DNA from: Eledone cirrhosa
Lineage: Eukaryota
Length of the DNA: 64,000 nucleotides
Reading direction: 5' to 3'
Assembly: GCA_964016885.1 (NCBI GenBank)
Contig: OZ024740.1
Span: 27,652,001-27,716,000 of the forward strand
Below are positions 14,701 to 29,500 of this stretch, in pieces (within the stretch, counting starts at the first letter, position 1; the number at the start of each line of letters is the position of its first letter). The notes under the pieces were generated by a model that searched no databases, was not told the DNA's origin, and saw only the letters and a program-made list of their open reading frames with translations. The translations under genes were made by a program, and so were the position numbers.

Positions 14701-17700
14701 TACAGTTGGTAACATATTAGTAAGAGCAATACCTTGTGTCTATTGTAATCAATATTACAGTTGGTAACATATTAGTAAGAGCAATACTTTGTGTCTATTG
14801 TAATCAATATTACAGTTGGTAACATATTAGTAAAAGCAATACCTTGTGTCTATTGTAATCAATATTACAGTTGGTAACATATTAGTAAGAGCAATACCTT
14901 GTGTCTAATGTAATCAATATTACAGTTGGTAACATATTAGTAAGAGCAATACCTTGCGTCTATTGTAATCAATATTACAGTTGGTAACATATTAGTAAGA
15001 GCAATACCTTGTGTCTATTGTAATCAATATTACAGTTGGTAACATATTAGTAAGAGCAATACCTTGTGTCTATTGTAATCAATATTACAGTTGGTAACAT
15101 ATTAGTAAGAGCAATACCTTGCGTCTATTGTAATCAATATTACAGTTGTTAACATATTAGTAAGAGCAATACCGTGTGTCTATTGTAATCAATATTACAG
15201 TTGGTAACATATTAGTAAGAGCAATACCTTGTGTCTATTGTAATCAATATTACAGTTGGTAACATATTAGTAAGAGCAATACCTTGTGTCTATTGTAATC
15301 AATATTACAGTTGGTAACATATTAGTAAGAGCAATACCTTGTGTCTATTGTAATCAATATTACAGTTGGTAACATATTAGTAAGAGCAATACCTTGTGTC
15401 TATTGTAATCAATATTACAGTTGGTAACATATTAGTAAGAGCAATACTTTGTGTCTATTGTAATCAATATTACAGTTGGTAACATATTAGTAAGAGCAAT
15501 GCCTTGTGTCTATTGTAATCAATATCACAGTTGGTAACATATTAGTAAGAGCAATACCTTGTGTCTATTGTTATCAATATCACAGTTGGTAACATATTAG
15601 TAAGAGCAATACCTTGTGTCTATTGTAATCAATATTACAGTTGGTAACATATTAGTAAAAGCAATACCTTGTGTCTAATGTAATCAATATTACAGTTGGT
15701 AACATATTAGTAAGAGCAATACCTTGTGTCTATTGTAATCAATATTACAGTTGGTAACATATTAGTAAGAGCAATACCTCCTTGTGTCTATGGTAATCAA
15801 TATTAAGGTTGGTAACATATTAGTAAGAGCAATACCTTGTGTCTATTGTAATCAATATTACAGTTGGTAACACATTAGTAAGAGCAATACCTCGTGTCTA
15901 TTGTAATCAATATTACAGTTGGTAACATATTAGTAAGAGCAATACCTTGTGTCTAATGTAATCAATATTACAGTTGGTAACATATTAGTAAGAGCAATAC
16001 CTTGTGTCTATTGTAATCAATATTACAGTTGGTAACATATTAGTAAGAACAATACCTCGTGTCTATTGTAATCAATATTACATTTGGTAACATATTAGTA
16101 AGAACAATACCTTGTGTCTATTGTAATCAATATTACAGTTGGTAACATATTAGTAAGAGCAATACCTTGTGTCTATTGTAATCAATATTACAGTTGGTAA
16201 CATATTAGTAAGAGCAATATCTTGTGTCTATTGTAATCAATATTACAGTTGGTAACATATTAGTAAGAACAATACCTCGTGTCTATTGTAATCAATATTA
16301 CAGTTGGTAACATATTAGTAAGAACAATACCTTGTGTCTATTGTAATCAATATTACAGTTGGTAACTTATTAGTAAGAGCAATACCTTGTGTCTATTGTA
16401 ATCAATATTACAGTTGGTAACATATTAGTAAGAGCAATACCTTGTGTCTATTGTAATCAATATTACAGTTGGTAACATATTAGTAAGAGCAATACCTCGT
16501 GTCTAATGTAATCAATATCACAGTTGGTAACATATTAGTAAGAGCAATACCTCCTTGTGTCTATGGTAATCAATATTAAGGTTGGTAACATATTAGTAAG
16601 AGCAATACCTTGTGTCTATTGTAATCAATATTACAGTTGGTAACACATTAGTAAGAGCAATACCTCGTGTCTATTGTAATCAATATTACAGTTGGTAACA
16701 TATTAGTAAGAGCAATACCTTATGTCTATTGTAATCAATATTACAGGTGGTAGCATATTAGTAAAAGCAATACCTTGTGTCTATTGTAATCAATTTCACA
16801 GTTGGTAACATATTAGTAAGAGCAATACCTTGTGTCTATTGTAATCAATATTACAGGTGGTAGCATATTAGTAAAAGCAATACCTTGTGTCTATTGTAAT
16901 GAATATTACAGTTGGTAACATATTAGTAAGAGCAATACCTTGTGTCTATTGTAATCAATATTACAGTTGGTAACATATTAGTAAGAGCAATACTTTGTGT
17001 CTATTGTAATCAATATTACAGTTGGTAACATATTAGTAAAAGCAATACCTTGTGTCTATTGTAATCAATATTACAGTTGGTAACATATTAGTAAGAGCAA
17101 TACCTTGTGTCTAATGTAATCAATATTACAGTTGGTAACATATTAGTAAGAGCAATACCTTGCGTCTTTTGTAATCAATATTACAGTTGGTAACATATTA
17201 GTAAGAACAATACCTCGTGTCTATTGTAATCAATATTACATTTGGTAACATATTAGTAAGAACAATACCTTGTGTCTATTGTAATCAATATTACAGTTGG
17301 TAACATATTAGTAAGAGCAATACCTTGTGTCTATTGTAATCAATATTACAGTTGGTAACATATTAGTAAGAGCAATATCTTGTGTCTATTGTAATCAATA
17401 TTACAGTTGGTAACATATTAGTAAGAACAATACCTCGTGTCTATTGTAATCAATATTACAGTTGGTAACATATTAGTAAGAACAATACCTTGTGTCTATT
17501 GTAATCAATATTACAGTTGGTAACTTATTAGTAAGAGCAATACCTTGTGTCTATTGTAATCAATATTACAGTTGGTAACATATTAGTAAGAGCAATACCT
17601 TGTGGCTATTGTAATCAATATTACAGTTGGTAACATATTAGTAAGAGCAATACCTCGTGTCTAATGTAATCAATATCACAGTTGGTAACATATTAGTAAG

Positions 17701-20700
17701 AGCAATACCTCCTTGTGTCTATGGTAATCAATATTAAGGTTGGTAACATATTAGTAAGAGCAATACCTTGTGTCTATTGTAATCAATATTACAGTTGGTA
17801 ACACATTAGTAAGAGCAATACCTCGTGTCTATTGTAATCAATATTACAGTTGGTAACATATTAGTAAGAGCAATACCTTATGTCTATTGTAATCAATATT
17901 ACAGGTGGTAGCATATTAGTAAAAGCAATACCTTGTGTCTATTGTAATCAATTTCACAGTTGGTAACATATTAGTAAGAGCAATACCTTGTGTCTATTGT
18001 AATCAATATTACAGGTGGTAGCATATTAGTAAAAGCAATACCTTGTGTCTATTGTAATGAATATTACAGTTGGTAACATATTAGTAAGAGCAATACCTTG
18101 TGTCTATTGTAATCAATATTACAGTTGGTAACATATTAGTAAGAGCAATACTTTGTGTCTATTGTAATCAATATTACAGTTGGTAACATATTAGTAAAAG
18201 CAATACCTTGTGTCTATTGTAATCAATATTACAGTTGGTAACATATTAGTAAGAGCAATACCTTGTGTCTAATGTAATCAATATTACAGTTGGTAACATA
18301 TTAGTAAGAGCAATACCTTGCGTCTATTGTAATCAATATTACAGTTGGTAACATATTAGTAAGAGCAATACCTTGTGTCAATTGTAATCAATATTACAGT
18401 TGGTAACATATTAGTAAGAGCAATACCTTGTGTCTATTGTAATCAATATTACAGTTGGTAACATATTAGTAAGAGCAATACCTTGTGTCTATTGTAATCA
18501 ATATTACAGTTGGTAACATATTAGTAAGAGCAATACCTTGTGTCTATTGTAATCAATATTACAGGCGGTAACATATTAGTAAGAGCAATACCTTGCGTCT
18601 ATTGTAATCAATATTACAGTTGGTAACATATTAGTAAGAGCAATACCTTGTGTCTATTGTAATCAATATTACAGTTGGTAACATATTAGTAAAATCAATA
18701 CCTTGTGTCTATTGTAATCAATATCACAGTTGGTAAAATATTAGTAAGAACAATACCTTGTGTCTATTGTAATCAATATTACAGGTGGTAGCATATTAGT
18801 AAGAACAATACCTTGTGTCTATTGTAATCAATATTACAGTTGGTAACTTATTAGTAAGAGCAATACCTTGTGTCTATTGTAATCAATATTACAGTTGGTA
18901 ACATATTAGTAAGAGCAATACCTTGTGTCTATTGTAATCAATATTACAGTTGGTAACATATTAGTAAGAGCAATACCTCGTGTCTAATGTAATCAATATC
19001 ACAGTTGGTAACATATTAGTAAGAGGAATACCTCCTTGTGTCTATGGTAATCAATATTAAGGTTGGTAACATATTAGTAAGAGCAATACCTTGTGTCTAT
19101 TGTAATCAATATTACAGTTGGTAACACATTAGTAAGAGCAATACCTCGTGTCTATTGTAATCAATATTACAGTTGGTAACATATTAGTAAGAGCAATACC
19201 TTATGTCTATTGTAATCAATATTACAGGTGGTAGCATATTAGTAAAAGCAATACCTTGTGTCTATTGTAATCAATTTCACAGTTGGTAACATATTAGTAA
19301 GAGCAATACCTTGTGTCTATTGTAATCAATATTACAGGTGGTAGCATATTAGTAAAAGCAATACCTTGTGTCTATTGTAATGAATATTACAGTTGGTAAC
19401 ATATTAGTAAGAGCAATACCTTGTGTCTATTGTAATCAATATTACAGTTGGTAACATATTAGTAAGAGCAATACTTTGTGTCTATTGTAATCAATATTAC
19501 AGTTGGTAACATATTAGTAAAAGCAATACCTTGTGTCTATTGTAATCAATATTACAGTTGGTAACATATTAGTAAGAGCAATACCTTGTGTCTAATGTAA
19601 TCAATATTACAGTTGGTAACATATTAGTAAGAGCAATACCTTGCGTCTATTGTAATCAATATTACAGTTGGTAACATATTAGTAAGAGCAATAACTTGTG
19701 TCTATTGTAATCAATATTACAGTTGGTAACATATTAGTAAGAGCAATACCTTGTGTCTATTGTAATCAATATTACAGTTGGTAACATATTAGTAAGAGCA
19801 ATACCTTGCGTCTATTGTAATCAATATTACAGTTGGTAACATATTATTAAGAGCAATACCGTGTGTCTATTGTAATCAATATTACAGTTGGTAACATATT
19901 AGTAAGAGCAATACCTTGTGTCTATTGTAATCAATATTACAGTTGGTAACATATTAGTAAGAGCAATACCTTGTGTCTATTGTAATCAATATTACAGTTG
20001 GTAACATATTAGTAAGAGCAATACCTTGTGTCTATTGTAATCAATATTACAGTTGGTAACATATTAGTAAGAGCAATACCTTGTGTCTATTGTAATCAAT
20101 ATTACAGTTGGTAACATATTAGTAAGAGCAATACTTTGTGTCTATTGTAATCAATATTACAGTTGGTAACATATTAGTAAGAGCAATGCCTTGTGTCTAT
20201 TGTAATCAATATCACAGTTGGTAACATATTAGTAAGAGCAATACCTTGTGTCTATTGTTATCAATATCACAGTTGGTAACATATTAGTAAGAGCAATACC
20301 TTGTGTCTATTGTAATCAATATTACAGTTGGTAACATATTAGTAAAAGCAATACCTTGTGTCTAATGTAATCAATATTACAGTTGGTAACATATTAGTAA
20401 GAGCAATACCTTGTGTCTATTGTAATCAATATTACAGTTGGTAACATATTAGTAAGAGCAATACCTTGTGTCTAATGTAATCAATATTACAGTTGGTAAC
20501 ATATTAGTAAGAGCAATACCTTGTGTCTATTGTAATCAATATTACAGTTGGTAACATATTAGTAAGAACAATACCTCGTGTCTATTGTAATCAATATTAC
20601 ATTTGGTAACATATTAGTAAGAACAATACCTTGTGTCTATTGTAATCAATATTACAGTTGGTAACATATTAGTAAGAGCAATACCTTGTGTCTATTGTAA

Positions 20701-21899
20701 TCAATATTACAGTTGGTAACATATTAGTAAGAGCAATATCTTGTGTCTATTGTAATCAATATTACAGTTGGTAACATATTAGTAAGAACAATACCTCGTG
20801 TCTATTGTAATCAATATTACAGTTGGTAACATATTAGTAAGAACAATACCTTGTGTCTATTGTAATCAATATTACAGTTGGTAACTTATTAGTAAGAGCA
20901 ATACCTTGTGTCTATTGTAATCAATATTACAGTTGGTAACATATTAGTAAGAGCAATACCTTGTGTCTATTGTAATCAATATTACAGTTGGTAACATATT
21001 AGTAAGAGCAATACCTCGTGTCTAATGTAATCAATATCACAGTTGGTAACATATTAGTAAGAGCAATACCTCCTTGTGTCTATGGTAATCAATATTAAGG
21101 TTGGTAACATATTAGTAAGAGCAATACCTTGTGTCTATTGTAATCAATATTACAGTTGGTAACACATTAGTAAGAGCAATACCTCGTGTCTATTGTAATC
21201 AATATTACAGTTGGTAACATATTAGTAAGAGCAATACCTTATGTCTATTGTAATCAATATTACAGGTGGTAGCATATTAGTAAAAGCAATACCTTGTGTC
21301 TATTGTAATCAATTTCACAGTTGGTAACATATTAGTAAGAGCAATACCTTGTGTCTATTGTAATCAATATTACAGGTGGTAGCATATTAGTAAAAGCAAT
21401 ACCTTGTGTCTATTGTAATGAATATTACAGTTGGTAACATATTAGTAAGAGCAATACCTTGTGTCTATTGTAATCAATATTACAGTTGGTAACATATTAG
21501 TAAGAGCAATACTTTGTGTCTATTGTAATCAATATTACAGTTGGTAACATATTAGTAAAAGCAATACCTTGTGTCTATTGTAATCAATATTACAGTTGGT
21601 AACATATTAGTAAGAGCAATACCTTGTGTCTAATGTAATCAATATTACAGTTGGTAACATATTAGTAAGAGCAATACCTTGCGTCTATTGTAATCAATAT
21701 TACAGTTGGTAACATATTAGTAAGAGCAATACCTTGTGTCAATTGTAATCAATATTACAGTTGGTAACATATTAGTAAGAGCAATACCTTGTGTCTATTG
21801 TAATCAATATTACAGTTGGTAACATATTAGTAAGAGCAATACCTTGTGTCTATTGTAATCAATATTACAGTTGGTAACATATTAGTAAGAGCAATACCT

Positions 21900-24800
21900 T
21901 GTGTCTATTGTAATCAATATTACAGGCGGTAACATATTAGTAAGAGCAATACCTTGCGTCTATTGTAATCAATATTACAGTTGGTAACATATTAGTAAGA
22001 GCAATACCTTGTGTCTATTGTAATCAATATTACAGTTGGTAACATATTAGTAAAATCAATACCTTGTGTCTATTGTAATCAATATCACAGTTGGTAAAAT
22101 ATTAGTAAGAACAATACCTTGTGTCTATTGTAATCAATATTACAGGTGGTAGCATATTAGTAAAAGCAATACCTTGTGTCTATTGTAATCAATATCACAG
22201 TTGGTAACATATTAGTAAGAGCAATACCTTGTGTCTATTGTAATCAATATTACAGTTGGTAACATATTAGTAAGAGCAATACTTTGTGTCTATTGTAATC
22301 AATATTACAGTTGGTAACATATTAGTAAGAGCAATGCCTTGTGTCTATTGTAATCAATATCACAGTTGGTAACATATTAGTAAGAGCAATACCTTGTGTC
22401 TATTGTTATCAATATCACAGTTGGTAACATATTAGTAAGAGCAATACCTTGTGTCTATTGTAATCAATATTACAGTTGGTAACATATTAGTAAAAGCAAT
22501 ACCTTGTGTCTGATGTAATCAATATTACAGTTGGTAACATATTAGTAAGAGCAATACCTTGTGTCTATTGTAATCAATATTACAGTTGGTAACATATTAG
22601 TAAGAGCAATACCTTGTGTCTAATGTAATCAATATTACAGTTGGTAACATATTAGTAAGAGCAATACCTTGTGTCTATTGTAATCAATATTTCAGTTGGT
22701 AACATATTAGTAAGAACAATACCTCGTGTCTATTGTAATCAATATTACATTTGGTAACATATTAGTAAGAACAATACCTTGTGTCTATTGTAATCAATAT
22801 TACAGTTGGTAACATATTAGTAAGAGCAATACCTTGTGTCTATTGTAATCAATATTACAGTTGGTAACATATTAGTAAGAGCAATATCTTGTGTCTATTG
22901 TAATCAATATTACAGTTGGTAACATATTAGTAAGAACAATACCTCGTGTCTATTGTAATCAATATTACAGTTGGTAACATATTAGTAAGAACAATACCTT
23001 GTGTCTATTGTAATCAATATTACAGTTGGTAACATATTAGTAAGAGCAATACCTTATGTCTATTGTAATCAATATTACAGGTGGTAGCATATTAGTAAAA
23101 GCAATACCTTGTGTCTATTGTAATCAATTTCACAGTTGGTAACATATTAGTAAGAGCAATACCTTGTGTCTATTGTAATCAATATTACAGGTGGTAGCAT
23201 ATTAATAAAAGCAATACCTTGTGTCTATTGTAATGAATATTACAGTTGGTAACATATTAGTAAGAGCAATACCTTGTGTCTATTGTAATCAATATTACAG
23301 TTGGTAACATATTAGTAAGAGCAATACTTTGTGTCTATTGTAATCAATATTACAGTTGGTAACATATTAGTAAAAGCAATACCTTGTGTCTATTGTAATC
23401 AATATTACAGTTGGTAACATATTAGTAAGAGCAATACCTTGTGTCTAATGTAATCAATATTACAGTTGGTAACATATTAGTAAGAGCAATACCTTGCGTC
23501 TATTGTAATCAATATTACAGTTGGTAACATATTAGTAAGAGCAATACCTTGTGTCTATTGTAATCAATATTACAGTTGGTAACATATTAGTAAGAGCAAT
23601 ACCTTGTGTCTATTGTAATCAATATTACAGTTGGTAACATATTAGTAAGAGCAATACCTTGTGTCTATTGTAATCAATATTACAGTTGGTAACATATTAG
23701 TAAGAGCAATACCTTGCGTCTATTGTAATCAATATTACAGTTGGTAATATATTAGTAAGAGCAATACCTTGTGTCAATTGTAATCAATATTACAGTTGGT
23801 AACATATTAGTAAGAGCAATACCTTGTGTCTATTGTAATCAATATTACAGTTGGTAACATATTAGTAAGAGCAATACCTTGTGTCTATTGTAATCAATAT
23901 TACAGTTGGTAACATATTAGTAAGAGCAATACTTTGTGTCTATTGTAATCAATATTACAGTTGGTAACATATTAGTAAAAGCAATACCTTGTGTCTATTG
24001 TAATCAATATTACAGTTGGTAACATATTAGTAAGAGCAATACCTTGTGTCTAATGTAATCAATATTACAGTTGGTAACATATTAGTAAGAGCAATACCTT
24101 GCGTCTATTGTAATCAATATTACAGTTGGTAACATATTAGTAAGAGCAATACCTTGTGTCAATTGTAATCAATATTACAGTTGGTAACATATTAGTAAGA
24201 GCAATACCTTGTGTCTATTGTAATCAATATTACAGTTGGTAACATATTAGTAAGAGCAATACCTTGTGTCTATTGTAATCAATATTACAGTTGGTAACAT
24301 ATTAGTAAGAGCAATACCTTGCGTCTATTGTAATCAATATTACAGTTGGTAATATATTAGTAAGAGCAATACATTGTGTCAATTGTAATCAATATTACAG
24401 TTGGTAACATATTAGTAAAAGCAATACCTTGTGTCTATTGTAATCAATATCACAGTTAGTAACATATTAGTAAGAGCAATACCTTGTGTCTATTGTAATC
24501 AATATTACAGGCGGTAACATATTAGTAAGAGCAATACCTTGCGTCTATTGTAATCAATATTACAGTTGGTAACATATTAGTAAGAGCAATACCTTGTGTC
24601 TATTGTAATCAATATTACAGTTGGTAACATATTAGTAAAAGCAATACCTTGTGTCTATTGTAATCAATATCACAGTTGGTAAAATATTAGTAAGAACAAT
24701 ACCTTGTGTCTATTGTAATCAATATTACAGGTGGTAGCATATTAGTAAAAGCAATACCTTGTGTCTATTGTAATCAATATCACAGTTGGTAACATATTAG

Positions 24801-26500
24801 TAAGAGCAATACCTTGTGTCTATTGTAATCAATATTACAGTTGGTAACATATTAGTAAGAGCAATACTTTGTGTCTATTGTAATCAATATTACAGTTGGT
24901 AACATATTAGTAAGAGCAATGCCTTGTGTCTATTGTAATCAATATCACAGTTGGTAACATATTAGTAAGAGCAATACCTTGTGTCTATTGTTATCAATAT
25001 CACAGTTGGTAACATATTAGTAAGAGCAATACCTTGTGTCTATTGTAATCAATATTACAGTTGGTAACATATTAGTAAAAGCAATACCTTGTGTCTGATG
25101 TAATCAATATTACAGTTGGTAACATATTAGTAAGAGCAATACCTTGTGTCTATTGTAATCAATATTACAGTTGGTAACATATTAGTAAGAGCAATACCTT
25201 GTGTCTAATGTAATCAATATTACAGTTGGTAACATATTAGTAAGAGCAATACCTTGTGTCTATTGTAATCAATATTTCAGTTGGTAACATATTAGTAAGA
25301 ACAATACCTCGTGTCTATTGTAATCAATATTACATTTGGTAACATATTAGTAAGAACAATACCTTGTGTCTATTGTAATCAATATTACAGTTGGTAACAT
25401 ATTAGTAAGAGCAATACCTTGTGTCTATTGTAATCAATATTACAGTTGGTAACATATTAGTAAGAGCAATATCTTGTGTCTATTGTAATCAATATTACAG
25501 TTGGTAACATATTAGTAAGAACAATACCTCGTGTCTATTGTAATCAATATTACAGTTGGTAACATATTAGTAAGAACAATACCTTGTGTCTATTGTAATC
25601 AATATTACAGTTGGTAACATATTAGTAAGAGCAATACCTTATGTCTATTGTAATCAATATTACAGGTGGTAGCATATTAGTAAAAGCAATACCTTGTGTC
25701 TATTGTAATCAATTTCACAGTTGGTAACATATTAGTAAGAGCAATACCTTGTGTCTATTGTAATCAATATTACAGGTGGTAGCATATTAATAAAAGCAAT
25801 ACCTTGTGTCTATTGTAATGAATATTACAGTTGGTAACATATTAGTAAGAGCTATACCTTGTGTCTATTGTAATCAATATTACAGTTGGTAACATATTAG
25901 TAAGAGCAATACTTTGTGTCTATTGTAATCAATATTACAGTTGGTAACATATTAGTAAAAGCAATACCTTGTGTCTATTGTAATCAATATTACAGTTGGT
26001 AACATATTAGTAAGAGCAATACCTTGTGTCTAATGTAATCAATATTACAGTTGGTAACATATTAGTAAGAGCAATACCTTGCGTCTATTGTAATCAATAT
26101 TACAGTTGGTAACATATTAGTAAGAGCAATACCTTGTGTCTATTGTAATCAATATTACAGTTGGTAACATATTAGTAAGAGCAATACCTTGTGTCTATTG
26201 TAATCAATATTACAGTTGGTAACATATTAGTAAGAGCAATACCTTGTGTCTATTGTAATCAATATTACAGTTGGTAACATATTAGTAAGAGCAATACCTT
26301 GCGTCTATTGTAATCAATATTACAGTTGGTAATATATTAGTAAGAGCAATACCTTGTGTCAATTGTAATCAATATTACAGTTGGTAACATATTAGTAAGA
26401 GCAATACCTTGTGTCTATTGTAATCAATATTACAGTTGGTAACATATTAGTAAGAGCAATACCTTGTGTCTATTGTAATCAATATTACAGTTGGTAACAT
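21900..26500. repeat. Duplication at a 47-monomer offset (2585 bp)
   Basis: Rare gtctgatg at 22512/25097. The linked atatttcag, attaataaaag and gtaatgaat variants recur at the same offset. Confidence 0.82.
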
Positions 26501-29500
26501 ATTAGTAAGAGCAATACCTTGCGTCTATTGTAATCAATATTACAGTTGGTAACATATTAGTAAGAGCAATACCTTGTGCCTATTGTAATCAACATTACAG
26601 TTGGTAACATATTAATAAAAGCAATACCTTGTGTCTATTGTAATCAATATCACAGTTGGTAAAATATTAGTAAGAGCAATACCTTGTGTCTATTGTAATC
26701 AATATTACAGGTGGTAGCATATTAGTAAAAGCAATACCTTGTGTCTATTGTAATCAATATCACAGTTGGTAACATATTAGTAAGAGCAATACCTTGTGTC
26801 TATTGTAATCAATATTACAGTTGGTAACATATTAGTAAGAGCAATACTTTGTGTCTATTGTAATCAATATTACAGTTGGTAACATATTAGTAAGAGCAAT
26901 GCCTTGTGTCTATTGTAATCAATATCACAGTTGGTAACATATTAGTAAGAGCAATACCTTGTGTCTATTGTTATCAATATCACAGTTGGTAACATATTAG
27001 TAAGAGCAATACCTTGTGTCTATTGTAATCAATATTACAGTTGGTAACATATTAGTAAAAGCAATACCTTGTGTCTAATGTAATCAATATTACAGTTGGT
27101 AACATATTAGTAAGAGCAATACCTTGTGTCTATTGTAATCAATATTACAGTTGGTAACATATTAGTAAGAGCAATACCTTGTGTCTAATGTAATCAATAT
27201 TACAGTTGGTAACATATTAGTAAGAGCAATACCTTGTGTCTATTGTAATCAATATTACAGTTGGTAACATATTAGTAAGAACAATACCTCGTGTCTATTG
27301 TAATCAATATTACATTTGGTAACATATTAGTAAGAACAATACCTTGTGTCTATTGTAATCAATATTACAGTTGGTAACATATTAGTAAGAGCAATACCTT
27401 GTGTCTATTGTAATCAATATTACAGTTGGTAACATATTAGTAAGAGCAATATCTTGTGTCTATTGTAATCAATATTACAGTTGGTAACATATTAGTAAGA
27501 ACAAAACCTTGTGTCTATTGTAATCAATATTACAGTTGGTAACATATTAGTAAGAGCAATACCTTGTGTCTATTGTAATCAATATTACAGTTGGTAACAT
27601 ATTAGTAAGAGCAATACCTTGTGTCTATTGTAATCAATATTACAGTTGGTAACATATTAGTAAGAGCAATACCTCGTGTCTAATGTAATCAATATCACAG
27701 TTGGTAACATATTAGTAAGAGCAATACCTCCTTGTGTCTATGGTAATCAATATTAAGGTTGGTAACATATTAGTAAGAGCAATACCTTGTGTCTATTGTA
27801 ATCAATATTACAGTTGGTAACATATTAGTAAGAGCAATACCTTGTGTCTATTGTAATCAATATTACAGTTGGTAACATATTAGTAAAAGCAATACCTTGT
27901 GTCTATTGTAATCAATATTACAGTTGGTAACATATTAGTAAGAGCAATACCTTGTGTCTAATGTAATCAATATTACAGTTGGTAACATATTAGTAAGAGC
28001 AATACCTTGTGTCTATTGTAATCAATATTACAGTTGGTAACATATTAGTAAGAACAATACCTTGTGTCTATTGTAATCAATATTACAGTTGGTAACATAT
28101 TAGTAAGAGCAATACCTTGTGTCTATTGTAATCAATATTACAGTTGGTAACATATTAGTAAGAGCAATACCTTGTGTCTATTGTAATCAATATTACAGTT
28201 GGTAACATATTAGTAAGAGCAAAACCTTGCGTCTATTGTAATCAATATTACAGTTGGTAATATATTAGTAAGAGCAATACCTTGTGTCAATTGTAATCAA
28301 TATTACAGTTGGTAACATATTAGTAAGAGCAATACCTTGTGTCTATTGTAATCAATATTACAGTTGGTAACATATTAGTAAGAGCAATACCTTGTGTCTA
28401 TTGTAATCAATATTACAGTTGGTAACATATTAGTAAGAGCAATACCTTGCGTCTATTGTAATCAATATTACAGTTGGTAACATATTAGTAAGAGCAATAC
28501 CTTGTGTCTATTGTAATCAATATTACAGTTGGTAACATATTAGTAATAGCAATACCTTGTGTCTATTGTAATCAATATCACAGTTGGTAACATATTAGTA
28601 AGAGCAATACCTTGTGTCTAATGTAATCAATATTACAGTTGGTAACATATTAGTAAGAGCAATACCTTGCGTCTATTGTAATCAATATTACAGTTGGTAA
28701 CATATTAGTAAGAGCAATACCTTGTGTCTATTGTAATCAATATTACATTTGGTAACATATTAGTAAGAGCAATACCTTGTGTCTATTGTAATCAATATTA
28801 CAGTTGGTAACATATTAGTAAGAGCAATACCTTGTGTCTATTGTAATCAATATTACAGTTGGTAACATATTAGTAAGAGCAATACCTTGCGTCTATTGTA
28901 ATCAATATTACAGTTGGTAACATATTAGTAAGAGCAATACCTTGTGTCTATTGTAATCAATATTACATTTGGTAACATATTAGTAAGAGCAATACCTTGT
29001 GTCTATTGTAATCAATATTACAGTTGGTAACATATTAGTAAGAGCAATACCTTGTGTCTATTGTAATCAATATTACAGTTGGTAACATATTAGTAAGAGC
29101 AATACCTTGCGTCTATTGTAATCAATATTACAGTTGGTAACATATTAGTAATAGCAATACCTTGTGTCTATTGTAATCAATATCACAGTTGGTAACATAT
29201 TAGTAAGAGCAATACCTTGTGTCTAATGTAATCAATATTACAGTTGGTAACATATTAGTAAGAGCAATACCTTGCGTCTATTGTAATCAATATTACAGTT
29301 GGTAACATATTAGTAAGAGCAATACCTTGTGTCTATTGTAATCAATATTACATTTGGTAACATATTAGTAAGAGCAATACCTTGTGTCTATTGTAATCAA
29401 TATTACAGTTGGTAACATATTAGTAAGAGCAATACCTTGCGTCTATTGTAATCAATATTACAGTTGGTAACATATTAGTAAGAGCAATACCTTGCGTCTA

